Both the position numbers and the translations under genes were made by a program. Below the pieces are notes generated by a model. That model was given only the letters and a program-made list of their open reading frames with translations. It was not told where the DNA came from and did not search any database. A DNA stretch of 64,000 nt from Omnitrophica WOR_2 bacterium GWF2_43_52 (GTDB lineage: Bacteria; Omnitrophota; Gorgyraeia; Gygaellales; UBA12090): contig MHGF01000034.1 of the NCBI GenBank assembly GCA_001805445.1, forward strand, positions 102,451-166,450. The letters are read 5' to 3'. Shown one piece after another: positions 18,944-27,515 of this stretch (positions are counted from its first letter, which is position 1; each line of letters begins with the position of its first letter).

Positions 18944-19245
18944 AAACTAATGTCAGGGATTATATCTCTTATTTAAAGAAAGAACACCGCCTCCCCGTCG
19001 ATAAGGTGTATTTGTTTGGCTCATATGCCAAAAATAATCCGCATTGTTACAGCGACGTTGATGTCTGCGTGGTTTCTCCCAAGTTTGAAAAAATGGATGC
19101 TATTTCTTATTTATGGCATACGCTGCGCAGAAAAGATATTGAAAATTTACTTGAACCAATGGGATTATCCCCTGAAGATTTTAGAAAAGAGGAAACCCCT
19201 TTGGTTCATGAGATCCGGAAAAACGGGAAAGAAATAAAGGTGTAA
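18910..19245 (+). CDS. Minimal nucleotidyltransferase (MNT), partner of HEPN
   Basis: LFGSYA......SDVDVCVVS..F. Confidence 0.85.
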   Translation: MDKKKYTFKEIKTNVRDYISYLKKEHRLPVDKVYLFGSYAKNNPHCYSDVDVCVVSPKFEKMDAISYLWHTLRRKDIENLLEPMGLSPEDFRKEETPLVHEIRKNGKEIKV

Positions 19246-19261
19246 GTGCCTTAAAACCACT

Positions 19262-20980
19262 ATGGAGCTTTCTACTCTACGCCATTCGTGTTCGCATATT
19301 ATGGCCCAGGCAGTTAAAGAGCTTTGGCCGGAGGTTAAGCTTGGCATTGGCCCTTCCATTGAAGACGGCTTTTATTATGATTTTGATAAAAAGGAGCCCT
19401 TTGGCCCTGATGATTTGGCTAAGATAGAACAAAAAATGCAGGCACTAGTAAATGAGCGGCTGCCGTTTATCCGCGAAGAAATAAGCAGGAAAGAGGCTCT
19501 CGCATTATTTTCTGGCCTCGGGGAGAAATATAAAATGGATTTAATTAACGAGCTTCCCGCGGATACGGTGTCTCTTTATAAGACTGGTGGCCGTTTTACC
19601 GACCTTTGCCGCGGGCCGCATATTGAGTCGACGGATAAAGTAAAAAATTTTAAGCTTCTATCAATCGCTGGGGCTTATTGGCACGGCATAGAGACGAATC
19701 CTATGCTTCAGCGGATTTACGGCACCTGTTTTGAAAATAAACAGGAGCTTGATGAATATCTAAAGAATGTGGAGGAAGCCAGAAAGCGCGATCATCGCAA
19801 GCTGGGGCCCGCCTTGGGGTATTTTGATATCTATCATGATGAGGCAGGCGCGGGCTTGGTCTTTTATCATCCCAAAGGAGCAATCGTCCGCCGTTTAATA
19901 GAGGATTATGAAAAGGATGAACACCAGAAGCGCGGCTATCAGATGGTGATTACCCCGCATATCATGCAGCAGGGGCTGTGGCAGACCTCCGGACATTACG
20001 AATTCTATCGGCAGAATATGTATACCTTTGCGATAGATACGAAAGAATTCGTGCTTAAGCCGATGAATTGCCCGGGCCATATCTTGATTTACAAATCAAA
20101 ACTGCGCAGCTATCGGGAGTTACCGATACGTTTGTTTGAATTAGGCACTGTTTACCGGCATGAGCGGGCAGGGGTTTTACACGGCTTGCTTCGGGTACGC
20201 GGATTTACCCAGGATGACGCGCATATCTTTTGCGCTCAGGAACAGGTAAAAGAAGAAATTAAGAAGGTGGTGGATTTTGTTTTTTCGGCAATGAAGGATT
20301 TCGGCTTTCATGAGGTAGCAATCGAATTGAGCACGCGCCCCAAAGATTCTATCGGCAGTGATGAGGATTGGCTGCAGGCAACTGCCGCGCTGGAAGATTC
20401 TTTAAAAGAAAAAAATTTGATGTATAAAGTAAACGAAGGGGATGGAGCTTTTTATGGGCCTAAGATAGATATAAAATTGAAGGATGCCCTAAAAAGAGAA
20501 TGGCAATGCGCGACTATTCAGTGTGATTTTGCTTTGCCCTCGCGTTTTGATTTAAAGTATGTTGATAATGAAGGTAAGGAAAGGCAGCCGGTGATGCTGC
20601 ACCGTGTGGTGCTTGGTTCGCTAGAACGGTTTTTTGGCGCGCTCATTGAACATTATGGAGGCGCTCTTCCCGTATGGCTTTCACCGGTGCAGGCAGTGAT
20701 TATTCCCGTAAGAAAAGAAGATGAGAGCTATGGCCTGAGCGTAAAAGAGAAACTATTGGCAGAAAACCTGCGGGTAGACATGGATACGCGCAACGAAACC
20801 CTTACCAAGCGCATCCGTAATGCGGAGGTAGAGAAGGCGCCTTATATCATTATCATTGGGCAGAAAGAAGCTCTGGCTAACAAGGTTGCGTTACGAAAAA
20901 GAAGTGCCGGTGATCAGGGGCAGATGGATTGTGGTGAATTTATCGCAATGGTGAAGGAAGAGATACTTAATCGTCAATAA
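19262..20980 (+). CDS. thrS: Threonine-tRNA ligase (no N-terminal TGS domain)
   Basis: RHSCSH, DLCRGPH, RDHRKLG, KPMNCPGH, TQDDAH. Confidence 0.97.
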   Translation: MELSTLRHSCSHIMAQAVKELWPEVKLGIGPSIEDGFYYDFDKKEPFGPDDLAKIEQKMQALVNERLPFIREEISRKEALALFSGLGEKYKMDLINELPADTVSLYKTGGRFTDLCRGPHIESTDKVKNFKLLSIAGAYWHGIETNPMLQRIYGTCFENKQELDEYLKNVEEARKRDHRKLGPALGYFDIYHDEAGAGLVFYHPKGAIVRRLIEDYEKDEHQKRGYQMVITPHIMQQGLWQTSGHYEFYRQNMYTFAIDTKEFVLKPMNCPGHILIYKSKLRSYRELPIRLFELGTVYRHERAGVLHGLLRVRGFTQDDAHIFCAQEQVKEEIKKVVDFVFSAMKDFGFHEVAIELSTRPKDSIGSDEDWLQATAALEDSLKEKNLMYKVNEGDGAFYGPKIDIKLKDALKREWQCATIQCDFALPSRFDLKYVDNEGKERQPVMLHRVVLGSLERFFGALIEHYGGALPVWLSPVQAVIIPVRKEDESYGLSVKEKLLAENLRVDMDTRNETLTKRIRNAEVEKAPYIIIIGQKEALANKVALRKRSAGDQGQMDCGEFIAMVKEEILNRQ

Positions 20981-21050
20981 CGGTTTGTAGCCTATGGTGT
21001 ATAGCCGAAAGCTATAAACTATATGCCATGCGCTATCAACTAAACAGGAG

Positions 21051-21569
21051 GTGGTTACTATTCAAAAGTTTATCAGAGTAAATGAAAGAATTCGTGCGCC
21101 ACAGGTGCGGCTTATCGGCCCAGAGGGAGAACAATTGGGAATTGTCGCGTTGCAAAAGGCGCTTGCCATGACAGAGCAGTATGAGTTAGACTTAGTTGAA
21201 GTGGCGCCTAACGCGGCTCCTCCGGTTTGCAGGATTTTGGATTTTTCAAAATTCAAATATGAGGAGGAAAAGAAAGAGCGCCAAAGCAAGAAACGCCAGC
21301 ACCAGGTGCACCTTAAAGAAATCAGGGTAAAGCCAAATATAGAAGAGCATGATTATCAGGTAAAACTAAAACGTCTTATCACTTTTTTGCAAAAGAAAGA
21401 TAAGGTGAAGGTAGGCATGTTTTTCCGGGGGAGAGAAATGTCGCATCAGGAATTAGGCCGCCGTATATTAGATAGGTTTATTGCTGAGTCGACGCAGTAT
21501 GGTATTGTCGAAAAACCCCCTATTCTTGAAGGGAGAGCTATTTCGATGATTATCGGCCCGAAAGTATAG
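21051..21569 (+). CDS. infC: Translation initiation factor IF-3
   Basis: NERIRAPQVRLI, DLVEVAP, FRGRE; start codon uncertain. Confidence 0.95.
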   Translation: MVTIQKFIRVNERIRAPQVRLIGPEGEQLGIVALQKALAMTEQYELDLVEVAPNAAPPVCRILDFSKFKYEEEKKERQSKKRQHQVHLKEIRVKPNIEEHDYQVKLKRLITFLQKKDKVKVGMFFRGREMSHQELGRRILDRFIAESTQYGIVEKPPILEGRAISMIIGPKV

Positions 21570-21584
21570 TCAAGTAACGGGAAA

Positions 21585-21695
21585 TGAGTAGAGAGTAAAT
21601 AGCAGAAAGTAAATAGTAGAAAGTAGAAAGTGCCGCTTTTTTACTTACTCACTACTCCCTACTTACTACTCTTTACTTTTAAAATGGAGTGAGGA
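21585..21695. repeat. Palindromic AGTAGAG-type heptamer array before rpmI
   Basis: agtagag/agtagaa repeats followed by complementary tact arm, ending ggagtgagga. Confidence 0.75.
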
Positions 21696-21699
21696 TATA

Positions 21700-21897
21700 A
21701 TGCCAAAGTTGAAAACAAGAAAAGGAATCAGAAAAAGATTCCGGATTACAAAATCAGGAAAAATAAAACGGGGGACTGCCGGTAAAGGGCATCTTCTTTC
21801 GGTAAAAGAAGAGGAGCGTAAACGTAAGCTCAAAAGAACGGCCTTGGTAGATAAAACCCAGGAACGGATGATTAAAAGGATGCTACCATATAAGTAG
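21700..21897 (+). CDS. rpmI: 50S ribosomal protein L35
   Basis: MPKLKT....KRFRITKSGK, HLL. Confidence 0.95.
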   Translation: MPKLKTRKGIRKRFRITKSGKIKRGTAGKGHLLSVKEEERKRKLKRTALVDKTQERMIKRMLPYK

Positions 21898-21989
21898 AAA
21901 GTAGGGAGTAGCAAGTAGAGAGTAAGTGAAAAGGAAAATACTATCTACTCACTACTATCTACTTACTACTTTTAAAACGAAGTGAGGAG
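21893..21989. repeat. Palindromic AGTAGAG-type heptamer array before rplT
   Basis: Same architecture, ending cgaagtgagga. Confidence 0.75.
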
Positions 21990-21992
21990 AAT

Positions 21993-22340
21993 ATGTCAAG
22001 AGTTAAAACAAGCGTTGTGAGAAGAAAACGGGTAAAGAAAGTTTTGAAAAGGGCGAAAGGCCAATGGGGTGATCGTTCCAAACAGTACCTTCAGGCAAAG
22101 CGTTCGTTGTTACACAGTGATACGTATGCTTACCGCGACCGCAAGAAGCGTAAAATTGAATTCCGCCAACTTTGGATTGCGCGGCTTAATGCCGCGGTAA
22201 GGGCTGCCGGAATGACCTATAGCCGGTTTATCAACGGCTTAAAAAAGGCGAACGTAACTTTAAACAGAAAGATGCTCGCGGAGTTAGCGGTAAATGACGC
22301 AAAGGTATTTCAGAAGATTATTGAAGTAGCGAAAGGATAG
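21993..22340 (+). CDS. rplT: 50S ribosomal protein L20
   Basis: YAYRDRK, FRQLWIAR.NAA, LNRKMLAELA. Confidence 0.97.
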   Translation: MSRVKTSVVRRKRVKKVLKRAKGQWGDRSKQYLQAKRSLLHSDTYAYRDRKKRKIEFRQLWIARLNAAVRAAGMTYSRFINGLKKANVTLNRKMLAELAVNDAKVFQKIIEVAKG

Positions 22341-22411
22341 TAAACAGTAGTAAGTAGAGAGTAGAGAGTAGAGAGTAGATAGTGGAAAATAAAATTCTGT
22401 TTACTAATTAC

Positions 22412-22566
22412 TAACTAGTTATTGCTGAAAAACCTTTATTTTGCACGAATAGGCACAAATTACACACAAATACACACGAATTACTTCGTCGCTGTATTCG
22501 TGATGATTAGTGTGTAATTCGTGGGAATTCGTGTTTAAAAGACACTTTTTCAGTGATAACTAACTA
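22412..22566. mobile_element. Family B element nested inside a heptamer array
   Basis: Near-identical to 17905-18059; flanked by tactaat/taactac units of the array spanning ~22340-22600. Confidence 0.8.
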
Positions 22567-22602
22567 CTAACTACTTTTTTTTCCCGAGCGAAGCGAGGGT
22601 AC

Positions 22603-23247
22603 ATGTACGTCATAATCGTCGGTTGCGGAAGGGTCGGTTCGGAATTAGCAAAATTGCTCTCAAGCGAAGGGCATAATGTGGTAGTGGTAGACCGTTCGCC
22701 AAAAAGTTTTGACCGGTTAGGTAAAACCTTTAACGGGATGACGCTGGTGGGCAATGGTTTTGACGTAGAGCTGTTAAAGCAGGCAGGGATTGCCCAGGCA
22801 GATGCCTTTTGCAGTGTGACTAACGGTGATAACAGCAACATCGTTGCCGCGCAGGTGGCCAAGAAGATTTTCAAGGTCCCTAAAGTCATTGCCAGGGTCT
22901 ATGATCCAAGCCGGGCGGATATTTATAAAAGCTTAGGCCTTGATATTATCAGCGGGACTATTCTTTTCGCGGCAATGATTCGCGATAAGATTATTGAAAG
23001 CCGTTTTTCCAGCTACCTGATTGAAAGCAAGGATGTCGGTGTGCTTGAGATTGAAGTTGATAAAGATATCGCGGGAAAAACTGTTGAAGAAATTAATATG
23101 CCCGGTGAGTTATTAGTGGTAATGATTAAAGGCATTAAAGGAGTAATTCTTCCGGAGTACAAAACAAGGCTGCAGAAAAATGATGTCATTATGGCCTTGG
23201 TGAAAACCGAAAGCTTAGATACCGTCCGAAGCAGGTTTAAAATATAG
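22603..23247 (+). CDS. trkA: TrkA-family K+ uptake NAD-binding subunit
   Basis: IVGCGRVG RCK_N plus RCK_C. Confidence 0.9.
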   Translation: MYVIIVGCGRVGSELAKLLSSEGHNVVVVDRSPKSFDRLGKTFNGMTLVGNGFDVELLKQAGIAQADAFCSVTNGDNSNIVAAQVAKKIFKVPKVIARVYDPSRADIYKSLGLDIISGTILFAAMIRDKIIESRFSSYLIESKDVGVLEIEVDKDIAGKTVEEINMPGELLVVMIKGIKGVILPEYKTRLQKNDVIMALVKTESLDTVRSRFKI

Positions 23248-23254
23248 CGGAACG

Positions 23255-23378
23255 AGTAAATAGTAGGGAATAGAAAGTAGGGAGTAGAAAGTAGATAGTA
23301 GATAGTAGTGAGTAGGTAGTATGAGAATACTGTTTACTCACTACTCTCTACTATTTTCTCCCGAGCGAAGCGAGGGTA
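23255..23378. repeat. Palindromic AGTAG-type heptamer array before second trkA
   Basis: Ends ccgagcgaagcgagggta, as at 22583. Confidence 0.75.
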
Positions 23379-23379
23379 A

Positions 23380-24042
23380 ATGTATATCATAATCGTCGGC
23401 GGCGGGAAAATTGGGCATATCCTGGCCAAGCGGCTTTCCGCGGATAAGCATACGGTAGTTGTCATTGAGCGGGATCGCGGGGTATGCGAAGCAATCGCTA
23501 AGGATCTTGACTGTATTGTAATTCACGGTGATGGCTGTGAGCCGCGATATCTTGAAGAATCAGGTGTCGCGCGCGCGGACGTGGTCGCCAGCGTCACCGG
23601 TGAAGATGAAGATAATCTGGTTGTCTGTCAGCTCGCGAAGGAGAAATTCAAGGTTTCCCGCACGGTAGCCAGAATTAATGATCCCAGAAATGAAACGGTG
23701 TTTGCCCAATTAGGCGTGGATGTGCCTGTTGATGCTACCGCTATCCTCGCAAAAATTATTGAAGAGGAGGTTTCCTTCGCTGATTTTGTAAACCTCATGA
23801 GCTTTAAACGCGGGAAACTTGCCATTATACGAGTAGACCTGCCTTCTGATTCACCCGTTATTAATAAGTCGCTCCAGGAGTTACAACTACCTTTAGATTC
23901 CGTCTTGGTTTCTATCATCCGGACCGATCAGGTTATTATCCCTAAGGGGAATACCGTGCTTCAGGCAGGAGATGATATTATCGCCCTTACCAAAGTGGAG
24001 CAGGAACAGCAGTTGTTAACCTATCTTATCGGAAAATTATGA
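23380..24042 (+). CDS. trkA: TrkA-family K+ uptake subunit, second copy
   Basis: IVGGGKIG, GDGCEP, TGEDEDN. Confidence 0.9.
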   Translation: MYIIIVGGGKIGHILAKRLSADKHTVVVIERDRGVCEAIAKDLDCIVIHGDGCEPRYLEESGVARADVVASVTGEDEDNLVVCQLAKEKFKVSRTVARINDPRNETVFAQLGVDVPVDATAILAKIIEEEVSFADFVNLMSFKRGKLAIIRVDLPSDSPVINKSLQELQLPLDSVLVSIIRTDQVIIPKGNTVLQAGDDIIALTKVEQEQQLLTYLIGKL

Positions 24043-24291
24043 ACTCAGCGCCTTCTCTATCGTTGCTTTCATTAAAAATTAGCCGCTTTGCGCATTTTTC
24101 CCCTACCCCTATAAAGGAAGTTCTGAATAAAAAAGCCTGCCTGCCCAGCAGGCAGGAAGGTGCGGGATGAATTTTAAAACCGCGGCCTTTGGCTTATATC
24201 AGTCCTCTTCTGGAATTTTGGTAGAAATAGCCTATAGTTTCGCGATTATTATAATGAGCTTCGGCGTTATCTATGTGGTCAAACTACTCCA

Positions 24292-25794
24292 ATGGTTCTT
24301 AAGCCGACATTAGGCGATCTTAAAACAATCGGATATTACCTGGGAAAGATTATCATCGGGTTGGGCATGACGATGATTTTTCCCATAGCCTGCGCGCTTC
24401 TCTTTCGCGAGATAAATCCTCTCTATGATTTTACGATAAGCATTCTTATCTGTTTGATTTTTGGCCAAGCGCTCACCATGCTTTGTCATACCGAAAAGGA
24501 TTTGGGCTGGATGCACGGAATGGTGGTGGTTAGCCTGGCGTGGCTTATCGCCGCGGTTTTAGGAGCAATCCCCTTCTATTTCAGCGGCCACTGGAAATCA
24601 TTTCTTGATTGTGTTTTTGATTCAATGAGCGGTTTTGCTACTACCGGGCTTGTGCTTGTGCGGGACCTTGACCATATTAGTAGAGCTGTAAACATTTGGC
24701 GCCATGTGATTATGTTTCTTGGAGGACAGGGAGTTGTGGTTATCGCCCTTTCGTTCTTAGTGCGCGGCTCAGCCGGCGCGTTTAGGATGTATGTGGGAGA
24801 GGCCCGGGATGAAAAAATTCTGCCGAATGTGGTTGAAACTTCACGTTTTATTTGGATCGTAAGCATAACCTACCTTGTGTTGGGGACAATCGCGTTGGCG
24901 GTTACCGGTAAAATGGAAGGGATGTCCTGGATAAACAGCTTCTTCCATGGCGTATGCATATTTATGGCCGCTTTTGATACCGGAGGCTTCGCTCCGCAAT
25001 CCCAAAACCTATTATATTACCATAGCCTTGCTTACGAAGTTATCACTATCGTTATCATGATTTTAGGAGCTATGAATTTTAAGCTTCATTATACCGTCTG
25101 GCTCAAGAGGAGAAAAGAAATAGCGGATAATATTGAAACGCGGACTTTTTTTATGACGGCCATGTTTACCTTTTTCTTGCTCGCCATCGGCCTCAATAAA
25201 TTAGGGGTATACCCCGATGCCCTGGGGTTATTCAGGAAAGGGTTTTATCAATTAATCTCAGGCCACACCGGCACAGGCTTTCAGACCATTTACGCCCGGC
25301 AGTTTATCCATGAATGGGGAGCTCTTGCCTTGATAGCCTTAACCTTGGCTATGGCTTTAGGCGGAGGCGTATGTTCTACTACCGGCGGTATCAAGATGTT
25401 GAGAATAGGGGTTATCTTTAAGGCCTTATACAATGATGTAAAAAAAATAATGTTGCCTGAGGCGGCAGTTTTTGTGGAAAAATACCATCATATTAAGGAT
25501 GTGGTGCTGGAAGACCGGCAGGTGCGTTCGGCGGTATTAATTTCTTTTTGTTACTTCGGCCTTTATGCCGTGGGGGCAATTATCGGGATGATGCTTGGGT
25601 ATCCGGCGCTCGCGGCACTCTTTGAATCAACCTCAGCCGCGGCAAACGTGGGTTTAAGCTGTGGAATAACGACGCCTGCTATGCCGGCAGTCCTCAAAGT
25701 TACTTACATACTTCAGATGTGGATTGGACGGCTTGAATTTATGTCGGTATTTACGCTTGCAGGGTTCTTTATTGCCTTTGTGAGGGGAAAATGA
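24292..25794 (+). CDS. trkH: TrkH K+ transporter
   Basis: SGFATTG, CSTTGGIK, NVGLS, GRLE pore motifs. Confidence 0.9.
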   Translation: MVLKPTLGDLKTIGYYLGKIIIGLGMTMIFPIACALLFREINPLYDFTISILICLIFGQALTMLCHTEKDLGWMHGMVVVSLAWLIAAVLGAIPFYFSGHWKSFLDCVFDSMSGFATTGLVLVRDLDHISRAVNIWRHVIMFLGGQGVVVIALSFLVRGSAGAFRMYVGEARDEKILPNVVETSRFIWIVSITYLVLGTIALAVTGKMEGMSWINSFFHGVCIFMAAFDTGGFAPQSQNLLYYHSLAYEVITIVIMILGAMNFKLHYTVWLKRRKEIADNIETRTFFMTAMFTFFLLAIGLNKLGVYPDALGLFRKGFYQLISGHTGTGFQTIYARQFIHEWGALALIALTLAMALGGGVCSTTGGIKMLRIGVIFKALYNDVKKIMLPEAAVFVEKYHHIKDVVLEDRQVRSAVLISFCYFGLYAVGAIIGMMLGYPALAALFESTSAAANVGLSCGITTPAMPAVLKVTYILQMWIGRLEFMSVFTLAGFFIAFVRGK

Positions 25795-26375
25795 GAAATC
25801 CCCGTGGACGTGAGGCGAGGGACGTGGGGCGAGGGACGTGGGATGTGAAACGTGAAACGCCGCCGTTCTTTCGTCCTGCGTCCTGCGTCTTTCGTCTCTC
25901 GTTATTATTATCCGTTGCCTATTGCCTATCTTCTGTCTCGTATGCCCAAACAACCGTCACCTCAACAGAGCTTATTGAGCGCGCCAAAGAGTTGAACGGC
26001 AAAGAGGTAAGTTATCAGGGTGAGGCCATTGGCGAGGCCATGGCGCGCGGGGAGCATTTCTGGATTAATGTAAACGACGGAAATAACGCCATTGGCGTCT
26101 GGGCCCCTGATAATTTTTTAAGCGTAATTTCTTTTACCGGCGGCTATACCGCCAAAGGCGATTGGCTTGAAGTAAGGGGCGTATTTAACCGCGCCTGCAA
26201 AATGCACGGAGGAGATGTAGACATACACGCTTTGGCTCTGATAAAGGCCAGAGAAGGGAAAGCAGTCACGCACCGTTTAGCGCGGGGAAAACATACATTA
26301 ATTGTTATTTTATTGGGAGCGTTCATATGTCTTTCGATTTTACAGCTCTTGAAGAAGAGGCTCGGCAAAAAATAG
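25791..26375 (+). CDS. Exported/membrane OB-fold-like protein with repeat-derived N-terminus
   Basis: Signal-like ...SYAQ, beta-rich core, C-terminal TM; start uncertain. Confidence 0.6.
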   Translation: MRNPRGREARDVGRGTWDVKRETPPFFRPASCVFRLSLLLSVAYCLSSVSYAQTTVTSTELIERAKELNGKEVSYQGEAIGEAMARGEHFWINVNDGNNAIGVWAPDNFLSVISFTGGYTAKGDWLEVRGVFNRACKMHGGDVDIHALALIKAREGKAVTHRLARGKHTLIVILLGAFICLSILQLLKKRLGKK

Positions 26376-27412
26376 CCCAGGCCCAGGATGCAGCTTTGCT
26401 GGAAGCATTGCGGATACAGTATCTGGGCAGGAAAGGCTTGCTTGCTGAAATCACGGCAATCATTCCCACGCTTCCTTTGGAAGCGCGCCCGGAATACGGA
26501 AAAAACGCCAATCTTTTAAAAAATAAGCTTAATCAACTTCTTGAGGCAAGAGCGCGGCAGATTAAGGAAGATGCAACTGCTTTGTTTGAGCAGTTTGACT
26601 TTACTTTGCCGGGGGCAATCCCTCAGGCAGGAACAGCCCATCCTATCGCGCAGACAGTAAAGGAAATATCCGATATCTTTACCAAGCTGGGGTTTGTTAT
26701 CGCCGAGGGCCCGGAAGTTGAGACAGAGTTTAATAATTTTACCGGTCTTAATATTCCTTTAGACCATCCAGCAAGGGACGCGTTTGATACGTTTTATATA
26801 AAGTCACCAAGTCACCAAGTCACCAGGTCACCAGAAAAAGAAAAGAATCGGTTTTTATTGCGCAGCCATACCTCGCCGGTCCAAATCAGGGTGATGAAAA
26901 AACATAAGCCGCCTTTGGCGGTGATTGTGCCGGGGAAGGTGTATCGGCCTGACGCGGTGGATGCCTCGCATTCTTTTATGTTCCATCAAATAGAAGGGTT
27001 TTTGGTTGATGAGGATGTGAAATTTTCTGATCTTAAAGGGATTCTTTCTGTTTTGGCGAAGAAACTTTTTAGTAGGAATATAAAAATGCGTTTCAGGCCG
27101 CATTTTTTCCCTTTTACCGAGCCATCAGCGGAGGTAGATATTTCATGCATACTATGTAAGAGTCACCAGGTCACCAAGTCACAAGGTCACCAGGAGAAGC
27201 GTTGCAGTGTCTGTGGCGGTAAGGGATGGCTTGAGATTATGGGTTGCGGCATGATTCATCCTAATGTCTTTGCCAATGTGGGATATCCAAAAGGTGCCTA
27301 TACCGGCTTTGCCTTTGGCATGGGGGTAGACCGAATTGCTATGCTTAAGTACGGTATCAATGATATTCGTTTGTTTTATGAGAATGATTTGAGGTTTTTG
27401 AGGCAGTTTTAG
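26327..27412 (+). CDS. pheS: Phenylalanine-tRNA ligase alpha, with two octamer-repeat insertions
   Basis: HPARD..DTF, LRSHTSPVQ, FHQIEG, FPFTEPS, GFAFGMG. Confidence 0.97.
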   Translation: MSFDFTALEEEARQKIAQAQDAALLEALRIQYLGRKGLLAEITAIIPTLPLEARPEYGKNANLLKNKLNQLLEARARQIKEDATALFEQFDFTLPGAIPQAGTAHPIAQTVKEISDIFTKLGFVIAEGPEVETEFNNFTGLNIPLDHPARDAFDTFYIKSPSHQVTRSPEKEKNRFLLRSHTSPVQIRVMKKHKPPLAVIVPGKVYRPDAVDASHSFMFHQIEGFLVDEDVKFSDLKGILSVLAKKLFSRNIKMRFRPHFFPFTEPSAEVDISCILCKSHQVTKSQGHQEKRCSVCGGKGWLEIMGCGMIHPNVFANVGYPKGAYTGFAFGMGVDRIAMLKYGINDIRLFYENDLRFLRQF

Positions 27413-27416
27413 AAGG

Positions 27417-27488
27417 CGCGGGCCCTGTCAAGGTTGTATTTTCGCCCCGCCTACGGCGGGGCTCAAATACAATCTTGCCGCCCGTGCT
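27417..27488. repeat. Family C palindrome with nested ccgcctacggcgg REP
   Basis: cctgtcaaggttgtattttcgc...gctcaaatacaatcttgcc; same arms recur at ~35340-35495. Confidence 0.7.
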
Positions 27489-27515
27489 ACAACTGTATCT
27501 TAAGGAGGTTTTTAG

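Noticed and set aside
21585-23378. CRISPR array
   Set aside because: Repeats are 7-mer tandem units without unique spacers; no cas genes in the window
24043-24291. Regulatory RNA (e.g. c-di-AMP riboswitch) between trkA and trkH
   Set aside because: No ydaO consensus recognised; only a small cctgcc..ggcagg REP-like palindrome
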